Of a DNA stretch of 64,000 bases, positions 35,151 to 49,600 are shown one piece after another. The number at the start of each line of letters is the position of its first letter. Positions within the stretch are counted from its first letter, which is position 1. Origin of the DNA: Antedon mediterranea (lineage: Eukaryota; Animalia; Echinodermata); assembly GCF_964355755.1 (NCBI RefSeq), contig NC_092678.1, positions 9,918,352 to 9,982,351 on the forward strand, given 5' to 3'. The position numbers and the translations under genes were made by a program. The notes under the pieces were generated by a model. That model was not told the DNA's origin. It ran no database searches and saw only the letters and a program-made list of their open reading frames with translations.

Positions 35151-38100
35151 GCTATTTTGTGCTCTTTGATGTTTTTGTGTAACCAAGTTTTATCGAAATG
35201 AACAAAATGGTCTAAAACGTCTCCAAATGCGATTTGAAGCTTTTCCAAGCACTTTGCTGTTTTTATGTTAACAGGTTTTTTCGAAAATCACAAAATGGTC
35301 TAAAACGTCTCAAAATGCGATTTGAAGGTATTCTGAGCACTTTGGTGTTTTTGTGTGAAAAGTTTTAACGAAATGCTCAAAATTGTCTAAAACGGTTTCT
35401 AATGTGATTTTAAGCACTTTGATGTTTTTGTAAAACCAAGTTTCATCGAAATGCACAAAATGGTCTAAAATGTCTCCAAATGCGATTTGAAGCTTTTCCA
35501 AGCACTTTGCTGTTTTTATGTTAACAAGCTTTTTCGAAAATCACAAAATGGTCTAAAACGTCTCCAAATGTGATTTGAAGATATTCTGAGCACTTTGGTG
35601 TTTTTATGTTAAAAAGTTTTTTCGAAAATCACAAAATGGTCTAAAACGTCTCCAAATGCGATTTGAAGATATTCTGAGCACTTTGGTGTTTTTATGTTAA
35701 AAAGTTTTTTCGAAAATCACAAAATGGTCTAAAACGTCTCCAAATGCGATTTGAAGCTATTCTGTACACTTTGATGTTTTGTGTGAAAAAGTTTTGTCGA
35801 AATGCTCAAAATGGTTTAAAACGTTTTTAAAACGATATTAAGCTATTTTGTGCTCTTTGATGTTTTTGTATAACCAAGTTTCATCGAAATGCACAAAATG
35901 GTCTAAAACGTCTCCAAATACGATTTGAAGCTTTTCCAAGCACTTTGCTGTTTTTATGTTAACAAGTTTTTTCGAAAATCACAAAATTGTCTAAAACGTC
36001 TCAAAATGCGATTTGAAGGTATTCTGAGCACTTTGGTGTTTTTGTGTGAAAAGTTTTAACGAAAAGCTCAAAATGGTCTAAAACGGTTCTAATGTGATTT
36101 TAAGCACTTTGATGTTTTTGTACAACCAAGTTTCATCGAAATGCTCAAAATGGTCTAAAACGTTTTTAAAACGATATTAAGCTATTTTGTGCTCTTTGAT
36201 GTTTTTGTGTAACCAAGTTTTTTTCGAAAATCACAAAATGGTCTAAAACGTCTCCAAATGCGATTTGAAGCTTTTCTAAGCACTTTGGTGTTTTTATGTT
36301 AACAAGTTTTTTCGAAAATCGCAAAATGGTCTAAAACGTCTCAAAATGCGATTTGAAGGTATTCTGAGCACTTTGGTGTTTTTGTGTGAAAAGTTTTAAC
36401 GAAATGCTCAAAATGGTCTAAAACGGTTTCTAATGTGATTTTAACCACTTTGATGTTTTTGTGTAACCAAGTTCTTTTCGAAAATCACAAAATGGTCTAA
36501 AACGTCTCCAAATGCGATTTGAAGCTTTTCTAAGCACTTTGGTGTTTTTATGTTAACAAGTTTTTTCGAAAATCACAAAATGGTCTAAAACGTCTCAAAA
36601 TGCGATTTGAAGGTATTCTGAGCACTTTGGTGTTTTTGTGTGAAAAGTTTTAACGAAATGCTCAAAATGGTCTAAAACGGTTTCTAATGTGATTTTAACC
36701 ACTTTGATGTTTTTGTGTAACCAAGTTTTTTCGAAAATCACAAAATGGTCTAAAACGTCTCCAAATGCGATTTGAAGCTTTTCTAAGCACTTTGGTGTTT
36801 TTATGTTAACAAGTTTTTTCGAAAATCACAAAATGGTCTAAAACGTCTCCAAATGCGATTTGAAGCTATTCTGTACACTTTGATGTTTTGTGTGAAAAAA
36901 GTTTTGTCGAAATGCTCAAAATGGTCTAAAACGTTTTTAAAACGATATTAAGCTATTTTGTGCTCTTTGATGTTTTTGTGTAACCAAGTTTTATCGAAAT
37001 GAACAAAATGTTCTAAAACGTCTCCAAATGCGATTTGAAGCTTTTCCAAGCACTTTGCTGTTTTTATGTTAAGTTTTTTCGAAAATCACAAAATGGTCTA
37101 AAACGTCTCTAAATGCGATTTGAAGGTATTCTGAGCACTTTGGTGTTTTTGTGTGAAAAGTTTTAACGAAATGCTCAAAATTGTCTAAAACGGTTTCTAA
37201 TGTGATTTTAAGCACTTTGATGTTTTTGTAAAACCAAGTTTCATCGAAATGCACAAAATGGTCTAAAACGTCTCCAAATGCGATTTGAAGATATTCTGAG
37301 GACTTTGGTGTTTTTATGTTAAAAAGTTTTTTCGAAAATCACAAAATGGTCTAAAACGTCTCCAAATGCGATTTGAAGATATTCTGAGCACTTTGGTGTT
37401 TTTATGTTAAAAAGTTTTTTCGAAAATCACAAAATGGTCTAAAACGTCTCCAAATGCGATTTGAAGGTCTTCTGTACACTTTGATGTTTTGTGTGAAAAA
37501 GTTTTTTCAAAATGCTCAAAATGGTCTAAAACGTTTTTAAAACGATATTAAGCTATTTTGTGCTCTTTGATGTTTTTGTATAACCAAGTTTTTTCGAAAA
37601 TCACAAAATGGTCTAAAACGTCTCCAAATGCGATTTGAAGCTTTTCCAAGCACTTTGCTGTTTTTATGTTAACAAGTTTTTTCGAAAATCACAAAATGGT
37701 CTAAAACGTCTCAAAATACGATATTAAGCTGTTTTGTGCACTTTGATGATTTGTGTGAAAAGTTTTAACGAAATGCTCAAAATGGTCTAAAACGGTTTCT
37801 AATGTGATTTTAAGCACTTTGATGTTTTTATGTAGCCAAGTTTTTTCGAAAATCACAAAATGGTCAAAAACGTCTCCAAATGTGATTTGAAGCTTTTCTA
37901 AGCACTTTGGTTTTTTTATGTTAACAAGTTTTTTCGAAAATCACAAAATGGTCTAAAACGTCTTCAAATGCGATTTGAAGATATTCTGAGCACTTTGGTG
38001 TTTTTCTGTTAACAATTTTTTTCGAAAATCATAAAATGGTCTAAAACGTCTCCAAATGCGATTTGAAGCTATTCTGTACACTTTGATGTTTTGTGTGAAA

Positions 38101-41100
38101 AGTTTTGTCGAAATGCTCAAAATGGTCTAAAACGTTTTTAAAACGATATTAAGCTATTTTGTGCTCTTTGATGTTTTTGTGTAACCAAGTTTCATCGAAA
38201 TGAACAAAATGGTCTAAAACGTCTCCAAATGCGATTTGAAGCTTTTCTAAGCACTTTGGTGTTTTTATGTTAACAAGTTTTTTCGAAAATCACAAAATGG
38301 TCTAAAACGTCTCCAAATGCGATTTGAAGCTTTTCTAAGCACTTTGGTGTTTTTATGTTAACAAGTTTTTTCGAAAATCACAAAATGGTCTAAAACGTCT
38401 CAAAATGCGATTTGAAGGTATTCTGAGCACTTTGGTGTTTTTGTGTGAAAAGTTTTAACGAAATGCTCAAAATGGTCTAAAACGGTTTCTAATGTCATTT
38501 TAACCACTTTGATGTTTTTGTGTAACCAAGTTCTTTTCGAAAAACACAAAATGGTCTAAAACGTCTCCAAATGCGATTTGAAGCTCTTCTGTACACTTTG
38601 ATGTTTTGTGTGAAAAAGTTTTGTCGAAATGCTCAAAATGGTCTAAAACGTTTTTAAATACGATATTAAGCTGTTTTGTGCACTTTGATGATTTGTGTGA
38701 AAAGTTTTAACGAAATGCTCAAAATAGTCTATAACGGTTTCTAATGTGATTTTAAGCACTTTGATGTTTTTGTGTAATCAAGTTTTTTTGGAAATCACAA
38801 AATGGTCTAAAACGTCTCCAAATGCGATTTGAAGCTTTTCTAAGCACTTTGGTGTTTTTATGTTAACAAGTTTTTTCGAAAATCACAAAATGGTCTAAAA
38901 CGTTTTTAAAACGATATTAAGCTATTTTGTGCTCTTTGATGTTTTTGTGTAACCAAGTTTCATCGATATGAACAAAATGGTCTAAAACGTCTCAAAATGC
39001 GATTTGAAGGTATTCTGAGCACTTTGGTGTTTTTGGGTGAAAAGTTTTAACGAAATGCTCAAAATGGTCTAAAACGGTTTCTAATGTGATTTTAAGCACT
39101 TTGAAGTATTTGTAAAAACAAGTTTCATCGAAATGCACAAAATAGTCTAAAACGTCTCCAAATGCGATTTGAAGCTTTTCTAAGCACTTTGGTGTTTTTA
39201 TGTTAACAAGTTTTTTCGAAAATCACAAAATGGTCTAAAACGTCTCCAAATGCGATTTGAAGATATTCTGAGCACTTTGCTGTTTTTATGTTAACATGTT
39301 TTTTCGAAAATCACAAAATGGTCTAAAACGTCTCAAAATGCTATTTGAAGGTATTCTGAGCACTTTGGTGTTTTTGTGTGAAAAGTTTTAACGAAATGCT
39401 CAAAATGGTCTAAAACGGTTCTAATGTGATTTTAAACACTTTGATGTTTTGTGTGAAAAAGTTTTGTCAAAATGCTCAAAATGGTCTAAAACGTTTTTAA
39501 AACGATATTAAGCTATTTTGTGCTCTTTGATGTTTTTGTATAACCAAGTTTTTTCGAAAATCACAAAATGGTCTAAAACGTCTCCAAATGCGATTTGAAG
39601 ATATTCTGAGCACTTTGGTGTTTTTATGTTAAAAAGTTTTTTCGAAAATCACAAAATGGTCTAAAACGTCTCCAAATGCGATTTGAAGATATTCTGAGCA
39701 CTTTGGTGTTTTTATGTTAAAAAGTTTTTTCGAAAATCACAAAATGGTCTAAAACGTATCCAAATGCGATTTGAAGCTATTCTATACACTTTGATGTTTT
39801 GTGTTAAAAAGTTTTGTCGAAATGCTCAAAATGGTTTAAAACGTTTTTAAAACGATATTAAGCTATTTTGTGCTCTTTGATGTTTTTGTGTAACCAAGTT
39901 TCATCGAAATGAACAAAATGGTCTAAAACGTCTCCAAATGCGATTTGAAGCTTTTCCAAGCACTTTGCTGTTTTTATGTTAACAAGTTTTTTCGAAAATC
40001 ACAAAATTGTCTAAAACGTCTCAAAATGCGATTTGAAGGTATTCTGAGCACTTTGGTGTTTTTGTGTGAAAAGTTTTAACGAAAAGCTCAAAATGGTCTA
40101 AAACGGTTCTAATGTGATTTTAAGCACTTTGATGTTTTTGTACAACCAAGTTTCATCGAAATGCTCAAAATGGTCTAAAACGTTTTTAAAACGATATTAA
40201 GCTATTTTGTGCTCTTTGATGTTTTTGTGTAACCAAGTTTTTTCGAAAATCACAAAATGGTCTAAAACGTCTCCAAATGCGATTTGAAGCTTTTCTAAAC
40301 ACTTTGGTGTTTTTATGTTAACAAGTTTTTTCGAAAATCACAAAATGGTCTAAAACGTCTCAAAATGCGATTTGAAGGTATTCTGAGCACTTTGGTGTTT
40401 TTGTGTGAAAAGTTTTAACGAAATGCTCAAAATGGTCTAAAACGGTTTCTAATGTGATTTTAACCACTTTGATGTTTTTGTGTAACCAAGTTCTTTTCGA
40501 AAATCACAAAATGGTCTAAAACGTCTCCAAATGCGATTTGAAGCTTTTCTAAGCACTTTGGTGTTTTTATGTTAACAAGTTTTTTTGAAAATCACAAAAT
40601 GGTCTAAAACGTCTCAAAATGCGATTTGAAGATATTCTGAGCACTTTGGTGTTTTTGTGTGAAAATTTTTAACGAAATGCTCAAAATGGTCTAAAACGGT
40701 TTCTAATGTGATTTTAACCACTTTGATGTTTTTGTGTAACCAAGTTTTTTCGAAAATCACAAAATGGTCTAAAACGTCTCCAAATGCGATTTGAAGCTTT
40801 TCTAAGCACTTTGGTGTTTTTATGTTAACAAGTTTTTTCGAAAATCACAAAATGGTCTAAAACGTCTCCAAATGCGATTTGAAGCTATTCTGTACACTTT
40901 GATGTTTTGTGTGAAAAGTTTTAACGAAATGCTCAAAATTGTCTAAAACGGTTTCTAATGTGATTTTAAGCACTTTGATGTTTTTGTAAAACCAAGTTTC
41001 ATCGAAATGCACAAAATGGTCTAAAACGTCTCCAAATGCGATTTGAAGCTTTTCCAAGCACTTTGGTGTTTTTATGTTAACAAGGTTTTTCGAAAATCAC

Positions 41101-43699
41101 AAAATGGTCTAAAACGTCTCCAAATGCGATTTGAAGCTTTTCCAAGCACTTTGCTGTTTTTATGTTAAAAAGTTTTTTCGAAAATCACAAAATGGTCTAA
41201 AACGTCTCCAAATGCGATTTGAAGATATTCTGAGCACTTTGGTGTTTTTATGTTAAAAAGTTTTTTCGAAAATCACAAAATGGTCTAAAACGTCTCCAAA
41301 TGCGATTTGAAGATATTCTGAGCACTTTGGTGTTTTTATGTTAAAAAGTTTTTTCGAAAATCACAAAATGGTCTAAAACGTCTCCAAATGCGATTTGAAG
41401 CTATTCTGTACACTTTGATGTTTTGTGTGAAAAAGTTTTGTCGAAATGCTCAAAATGGTCTAAAACGTTTTTAAAACGATATTAAGCTATTTTGTGCTCT
41501 TTGATGTTTTTGTGTAACCAAGTTTTATCGAAATGAACAAAATGGTCTAAAACGTCTCCAAATGCGATTTGAAGCTTTTCCAAGCACTTTGCTGTTTTTA
41601 TGTTAACAAGCTTTTTCGAAAATCACAAAATGGTCTAAAACGTCTCCAAATGCGATTTGAAGATATTCTGAGCACTTTGGTGTTTTTATGTTAAAAAGTT
41701 TTTTCGAAAATCACAAAATGGTCTAAAACGTCTCCAAATGCGATTTGAAGATATTCTGAGCACTTTGGTGTTTTTATGTTAAAAAGTTTTTTCGAAAATC
41801 ACAAAATGGTCTAAAACGTCTCCAAATGCGATTTGAAGCTATTCTGTACACTTTGATGTTTTGTGTGAAAAAGTTTTGTCGAAATGCTCAAAATGGTCTA
41901 AAACGTTTTTAAAACGATATTAAGCTATTTTGTGCTCTTTGATGTTTTTGTGTAACCAAGTTTTATCGAAATGAACAAAATGGTCTAAAACGTCTCCAAA
42001 TGCGATTTGAAGCTTTTCCAAGCACTTTGCTGTTTTTATGTTAACAAGTTTTTTCGAAAATCACAAAATGGTCTAAAACGGTTTCTAATGTGATTTTAAG
42101 CACTTTGATGTTTTTGTATAACCAAGTTTCATCGAAATGCACAAAATGGTCTAAAACGTCTCCAAATGCGATTTGAAGCTTTTCTAAGCACTTTGCTGTT
42201 TTTATGTTAAAAAGTTTTTTCGAAAATCACAAAATGGTCTAAAACGTCTCCAAATGCGATTTGAAGATATTCTGAGCACTTTGGTGTTTTTATGTTAAAA
42301 AGTTTTTTCGAAAATCACAAAATGGTCTAAAACGTCTCCAAATGCGATTTGAAGATATTCTGAGCACTTTGGTGTTTTTATGTTAAAAAGTTTTTTCGAA
42401 AATCACAAAATGGTCTAAAACGTCTCCAAATGCGATTTGAAGCTATTCTGTACACTTTGATGTTTTGTGTGAAAAAGTTTTGTCGAAATGCTCAAAATGG
42501 TCTAAAACGTTTTTAAAACGATATTAAGCTATTTTGTGCTCTTTGATGTTTTTGTGTAACCAAGTTTTATCGAAATGAACAAAATGGTCTAAAACGTCTC
42601 CAAATGCGATTTGAAGCTTTTCCAAGCACTTTGCTGTTTTTATGTTAACAAGCTTTTTCGAAAATCACAAAATGGTCTAAAACGTCTCCAAATGCGATTT
42701 GAAGATATTCTGAGCACTTTGGTGTTTTTATGTTAAAAAGTTTTTTCGAAAATCACAAAATGGTCTAAAACGTCTCCAAATGCGATTTGAAGATATTCTG
42801 AGCACTTTGGTGTTTTTATGTTAAAAAGTTTTTTCGAAAATCACAAAATGGTCTAAAACGTCTCCAAATGCGATTTGAAGCTATTCTGTACACTTTGATG
42901 TTTTGTGTGAAAAAGTTTTGTCGAAATGCTCAAAATGGTCTAAAACGTTTTTAAAACGATATTAAGCTATTTTGTGCTCTTTGATGTTTTTGTGTAACCA
43001 AGTTTTATCGAAATGAACAAAATGGTCTAAAACGTCTCCAAATGCGATTTGAAGCTTTTCCAAGCACTTTGCTGTTTTTATGTTAACAAGTTTTTTCGAA
43101 AATCACAAAATGGTCTAAAACGTCTCAAAATGCGATTTAAAGGTATTCTGAGCACTTTGGTGTTTTTGTGTGAAAAGTTTTAACGAAATGCTCAAAATTG
43201 TCTAAAACGGTTTCTAATGTGATTTTAAGCACTTTGATGTTTTTGTAAAACCAAGTTTCATCGAAATGAACAAAATGGTCTAAATTGTCTCCAAATGCGA
43301 TTTGAAGCTTTTCCAAGCACTTTGCTGTTTTTATGTTAACAAGCTTTTTCGAAAATCACAAAATGGTCTAAAACGTCTCCAAATGCGATTTGAAGATATT
43401 CTGAGCACTTTGGTGTTTTTATGTTAAAAAGTTTTTTCGAAAATCACAAAATGGTCTAAAACGTCTCCAAATGCGATTTGAAGCTCTTCTGTACACTTTG
43501 ATGTTTTGTGTGAAAAAGTTTAGTCGAAATGCTCAAAATGGTCTAAAACGTTTTTAAAACGATATTAAGCTATTTTGTGCTCTTTGATGTTTTTGTGTAA
43601 CCAAGTTTCATCGAAAATCACAAAATGGTCTAAAACGTCTCCAAATGCGATTTGAAGATATTCTGAGCACTTTGGTGTTTTTATGTTAACAAGTTTTTT

Positions 43700-46600
43700 C
43701 GAAAATCACAAAATGGTCTAAAACGTCTCCAAATGCGATTTGAAGATATTCTGAGCACTTTGGTGTTTTTATGTTAAAAAGTATTTTCGAAAATCACAAA
43801 ATGGTCTAAAACGTCTCCAAATGCGATTTGAAGCTCTTCTGTACACTTTGATGTTTTGTGTGAAAAAGTTTAGTCGAAATGCTCAAAATGGTCTAAAACG
43901 TTTTTAAAACGATATTAAGCTATTTTGTGCTCTTTGATGTTTTTGTGTAACCAAGTTTCATCGAAAATCACAAAATGGTCTAAAACGTCTCCAAATGCGA
44001 TTTGAAGCTTTTCCAAGCACTTTGCTGTTTTTATGTTAACAAGTTTTTTCGAAAATCACAAAATGGTCTAAAACGTCTCAAAATACGATATTAAGCTGTT
44101 TTGTGCACTTTGATGATTTGTGTGAAAAGTTTTAACGAAATGCTCAAAATGGTCTAAAACGGTTTCTAATGTGATTTTAAGCACTTTGATGTTTTTATGT
44201 AGCCAAGTTTTTTCGAAAATCACAAAATGGTCAAAAACGTCTCCAAATGCGATTTGAAGCTTTTCTAAGCACTTTGGTGTTTTTATGTTAAGAAGTTTTT
44301 TCGAAAATCACAAAATGGTCTAAAACGTCTCCAAATGCGATTTGAAGCTTTTCCAAGCACTTTGCTGTTTTTATGTTAACAATTTTTTTCGAAAATCATA
44401 AAATGGTCTAAAACGTCTCAAAATGCGATTTGAAGGTATTCTGAGCACTTTGGTGTTTTTGTGTGAAAAGTTTTAACGAAATGCTCAAAATGGTCTAAAA
44501 CGGTTCTAATGTGATTTTAAGCACTTTGATGTTTTTGTATAACCAAGTTTCATCGAAATGCACAAAATGGTCTAAAACGTCTCCAAATGCGATTTAAAGC
44601 TATTCTAGACACTTTGATGTTTTGTGTGAAAAATTTTCTCGAAATGCTCAAAATGGTCTAAAACGTTTTCCAATACCATATTAAGCTATTTTGTGCAATT
44701 TGATGTTTTTGTGTAACCAAGTTTTTTGAAATGCGATTTGAAGATATTCTGAGGACTTTGGTGTTTTTATGTTAAAAAGTTTTTTCGAAAATCACAAAAT
44801 GGTCTAAAACGTCTCCAAATGCGATTTGAAGATATTCTGAGCACTTTGGTGTTTTTATGTTAAAAAGTTTTTTGGAAAATCACAAAATGGTCTAAAACGA
44901 CTCCAAATGCGATTTGAAGCTATCCTGTACACTTTGATGTTTTGTGTGAAAAAGTTTTGTCGAAATGCTCAAAATGATCTAAAACGTTTTTAAAACGATA
45001 TTAAGCTATTTTGTGCTCTTTGATGTTTTTGTGTATCCAAGTTTCATCGAAATGAACAAAATGGTCTAAAACGTTTTTAAATACGATATTAAGCTGTTTT
45101 GTGCACTTTGATGATTTGTGTGAAAAGTTTTAACGAAATGCTCAAAATAGTCTAAAACGGTTTCTAATGTGATTTTAAGCACTTTGATGTTTTTGTGTAA
45201 CCAAGTTTTATCGAAATGAACAAAATGGTCTAAAACGTCTCCAAATGCGATTTGAAGCTTTTCCAAGCACTTTGCTGTTTTTATATTAAGTTTTTTCGAA
45301 AATCACAAAATGGTCTAAAACGTCTCTAAATGCGATTTGAAGGTATTCTGAGCAATTTGGTGTTTTTGTGTGAAAAGTTTTAACGAAATGCTCAAAATTG
45401 TCTAAAACGGTTTCTAATGTGATTTTAAGCACTTTGATGTTTTTGTAAAACCAAGTTTCATCGAAATGCACAAAATGGTCTAAAACGTCTCCAAATGCGA
45501 TTTGAAGCTATTCTGTACACTTTGATGTTTTGTGTGAAAAAAGTTTTGTCGAAATGCTCAAAATGGTCTAAAACGTTTTTAAAACGATATTAAGCTATTT
45601 TGTGCTCTTTGATGTTTTTGTGTAACCAAGTTTTATCGAAATGAACAAAATGGTCTAAAACGTCTCCAAATGCGATTTGAAGCTTTTCCAAGCACTTTGC
45701 TGTTTTTATGTTAACAGGTTTTTTCGAAAATCACAAAATGGTCTAAAACGTCTCAAAATGCGATTTGAAGGTATTCTGAGCACTTTGGTGTTTTTGTGTG
45801 AAAAGTTTTAACGAAATGCTCAAAATTGTCTAAAACGGTTTCTAATGTGATTTTAAGCACTTTGATGTTTTTGTAAAACCAAGTTTCATCGAAATGCACA
45901 AAATGGTCTAAAATGTCTCCAAATGCGATTTGAAGCTTTTCCAAGCACTTTGCTGTTTTTATGTTAACAAGCTTTTTCGAAAATCACAAAATGGTCTAAA
46001 ACGTCTCCAAATGTGATTTGAAGATATTCTGAGCACTTTGGTGTTTTTATGTTAAAAAGTTTTTTCGATAATCACAAAATGGTCTAAAACGTCTCCAAAT
46101 GCGATTTGAAGATATTCTGAGCACTTTGGTGTTTTTATGTTAAAAAGTTTTTTCGAAAATCACAAAATGGTCTAAAACGTCTCCAAATGCGATTTGAAGC
46201 TATTCTGTACACTTTGATGTTTTGTGTGAAAAAGTTTTGTCGAAATGCTCAAAATGGTTTAAAACGTTTTTAAAACGATATTAAGCTATTTTGTGCTCTT
46301 TGATGTTTTTGTATAACCAAGTTTCATCGAAATGCACAAAATGGTCTAAAACGTCTCCAAATACGATTTGAAGCTTTTCCAAGCACTTTGCTGTTTTTAT
46401 GTTAACAAGTTTTTTCGAAAATCACAAAATTGTCTAAAACGTCTCAAAATGCGATTTGAAGGTATTCTGAGCACTTTGGTGTTTTTGTGTGAAAAGTTTT
46501 AACGAAAAGCTCAAAATGGTCTAAAACGGTTCTAATGTTATTTTAAGCACTTTGATGTTTTTGTACAACCAAGTTTCATCGAAATGCTCAAAATGGTCTA

Positions 46601-49600
46601 AAACGTTTTTAAAACGATATTAAGCTATTTTGTGCTCTTTGATGTTTTTGTGTAACCAAGTTTTTTTCGAAAATCACAAAATGGTCTAAAACGTCTCCAA
46701 ATGCGATTTGAAGCTTTTCTAAGCACTTTGGTGTTTTTATGTTAACAAGTTTTTTCGAAAATCGCAAAATGGTCTAAAACGTCTCAAAATGCGATTTGAA
46801 GGTATTCTGAGCACTTTGGTGTTTTTGTGTGAAAAGTTTTAACGAAATGCTCAAAATGGTCTAAAACGGTTTCTAATGTGATTTTAACCACTTTGATGTT
46901 TTTGTGTAACCAAGTTCTTTTCGAAAATCACAAAATGGTCTAAAACGTCTCCAAATGCGATTTGAAGCTTTTCTAAGCACTTTGGTGTTTTTATGTTAAC
47001 AAGTTTTTTCGAAAATCACAAAATGGTCTAAAACGTCTCAAAATGCGATTTGAAGGTATTCTGAGCACTTTGGTGTTTTTGTGTGAAAAGTTTTAACGAA
47101 ATGCTCAAAATGGTCTAAAACGGTTTCTAATGTGATTTTAACCACTTTGATGTTTTTGTGTAACCAAGTTTTTTCGAAAATCACAAAATGGTCTAAAACG
47201 TCTCCAAATGCGATTTGAAGCTTTTCCAAGCACTTTGCTGTTTTTATGTTAACAAGTTTTTTCGAAAATCACAAAATGGTCTAAAACGTCTCCAAATGCG
47301 ATTTCAAGGTATTCTGAGCACTTTGGTGTTTTTGTGTGAAAGGTTTTAACGAAATGCTCAAAATGGTCTAAAACGGTTTCTAATGTGATTTTAAGCACTT
47401 TGATGTTTTTGTATAACCAAGTTTCATCGAAATGCTCAAAATGGTCTAAAACGTCTCCAAATGCGATTTGAAGCTTTTCTAAGCACTTTGCTGTTTTTAT
47501 GTTAAAAAGTTTTTTCGAAAATCACAAAATGGTCTAAAACGTCTCCAAATGCGATTTGAAGATATTCTGAGCACTTTGGTGTTTTTATGTTAAAAAGTTT
47601 TTTCGAAAATCACAAAATGGTCTAAAACGTCTCCAAATGCGATTTGAAGATATTCTGAGCACTTTGGTGTTTTTATGTTAAAAAGTTTTTTCGAAAATCA
47701 CAAAATGGTCTAAAACGTCTCCAAATGCGATTTGAAGCTATTCTGTACACTTTGATGTTTTGTGTGAAAAAGTTTTGTCGAAATGCTCAAAATGGTCTAA
47801 AACGTTTTTAAAACGATATTAAGCTATTTTGTGCTCTTTGATGTTTTTGTGTAACCAAGTTTTATCGAAATGAACAAAATGGTCTAAAACGTCTCCAAAT
47901 GCGATTTGAAGCTTTTCTAAGCACTTTGCTGTTTTTATGTTAACAAGTTTTTTCGAAAATCACAAAATGGTCTAAAACGTCTCCAAATGCGATTTGAAGA
48001 TATTCTGAGCACTTTGGTGTTTTTATGTTAAAAAGTTTTTTCGAAAATCACAAAATGGTCTAAAACGTCTCCAAATGCGATTTGAAGCTATTCTATACAC
48101 TTTGATGTTTTGTGTTAAAAAGTTTTCTCGAAATGCTCAAAATGGTCTAAAACGTTTTCCAATTCCATATTAAGCTATTTTGTGCAATTTGATGTTTTTG
48201 TGTATCCAAGTTTCATCGAAATGAACAAAATGGTCTAAAACGTTTTTAAATACGATATTAAGCTGTTTTGTGCACTTTGATGATTTGTGTGAAAAGTTTT
48301 AACGAAATGCTCAAAATAGTCTAAAACGGTTTCTAATGTGATTTTAAGCACTTTGATGTTTTTGTGTAACCAAGTTTTTTCGGAAATCACAAAATGGTCT
48401 AAAACGTCTCCAAATGCGATTTGAAGCTTTTCTAAGCACTTTGGTGTTTTTATGTTAACAAGTTTTTTCGAAAATCACAAAATGGTCTAAAACGTCTCAA
48501 AATGCGATTTGAAGGTAATCTGAGCACTTTGGTGTTTTTGTGTGAAAAGTTTTAACGAAATGCTCAAAATGGTCTAAAACGGTTTCTAATGTGATTTTAA
48601 CCACTTTGATGTTTTTGTGTAACCAAGTTCTTTTCGAAAATCACAAAATGGTCTAAAACGTCTCCAAATGCGATTTGAAGCTCTTCTGTACACTTTGATG
48701 TTTTGTGTGAAAAAGTTTTGTCGAAATGCTCAAAATGGTCTAAAACGTTTTTAAATACGAAATTAAGCTGTTTTGTGCACTTTGATGATTTGTGTGAAAA
48801 GTTTTAACGAAATGCTCAAAATAGTCTATAACGGTTTCTAATGTGATTTTAAGCACTTTGATGTTTTTGTGTAACCAAGTTTTTTCGGAAATCACAAAAT
48901 GGTCTAAAACGTCTCCAAATGCGATTTGAAGCTTTTCTAAGCACTTTGGTGTTTTTATGTTAACAAGTTTTTTCGAAAATCACAAAATTGTCTAAAACGT
49001 CTCAAAATGCGATTTGAAGGTATTCTGAGCACTTTGGTGTTTTTGTGTGAAAAAAGTTTTGTCGAAATGCTCAAAATGGTCTAAAACGTTTTTAAAACGA
49101 TATTAAGCTATTTTGTGCTCTTTGATGTTTTTGTGTAACCAAGTTTTATCGAAATGAACAAAATGGTCTAAAACGTCTCCAAATGCGATTTGAAGCTTTT
49201 CCAAGCACTTTGCTGTTTTTATATTAAGTTTTTTCGAAAATCACAAAATGGTCTAAAACGTCTCTAAATGCGATTTGAAGGTATTCTGAGCAATTTGGTG
49301 TTTTTGTGTGAAAAGTTTTAACGAAATGCTCAAAATTGTCTAAAACGGTTTCTAATGTGATTTTAAGCACTTTGATGTTTTTGTAAAACCAAGTTTCATC
49401 GAAATGCACAAAATGGTCTAAAACGTCTCCAAATGCGATTTGAAGCTATTCTGTACACTTTGATGTTTTGTGTGAAAAAAGTTTTGTCGAAATGCTCAAA
49501 ATGGTCTAAAACGTTTTTAAAACGATATTAAGCTATTTTGTGCTCTTTGATGTTTTTGTGTAACCAAGTTTTATCGAAATGAACAAAATGGTCTAAAACG

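Larger units (their letters stand above)
22580..35935. repeat. 3,797-bp higher-order repeat, ~2.7 tandem copies, the third interrupted by the transposon
   Basis: Marker TCCAATTCCA occurs at 22621, 26418 and 30215. ORF-track duplicates sit at 23687/27484/31281 and 24112/27909/31706. A truncated-monomer marker ACTTTATGCG occurs at ~25211 and ~29008. Boundaries are approximate. Confidence 0.9.
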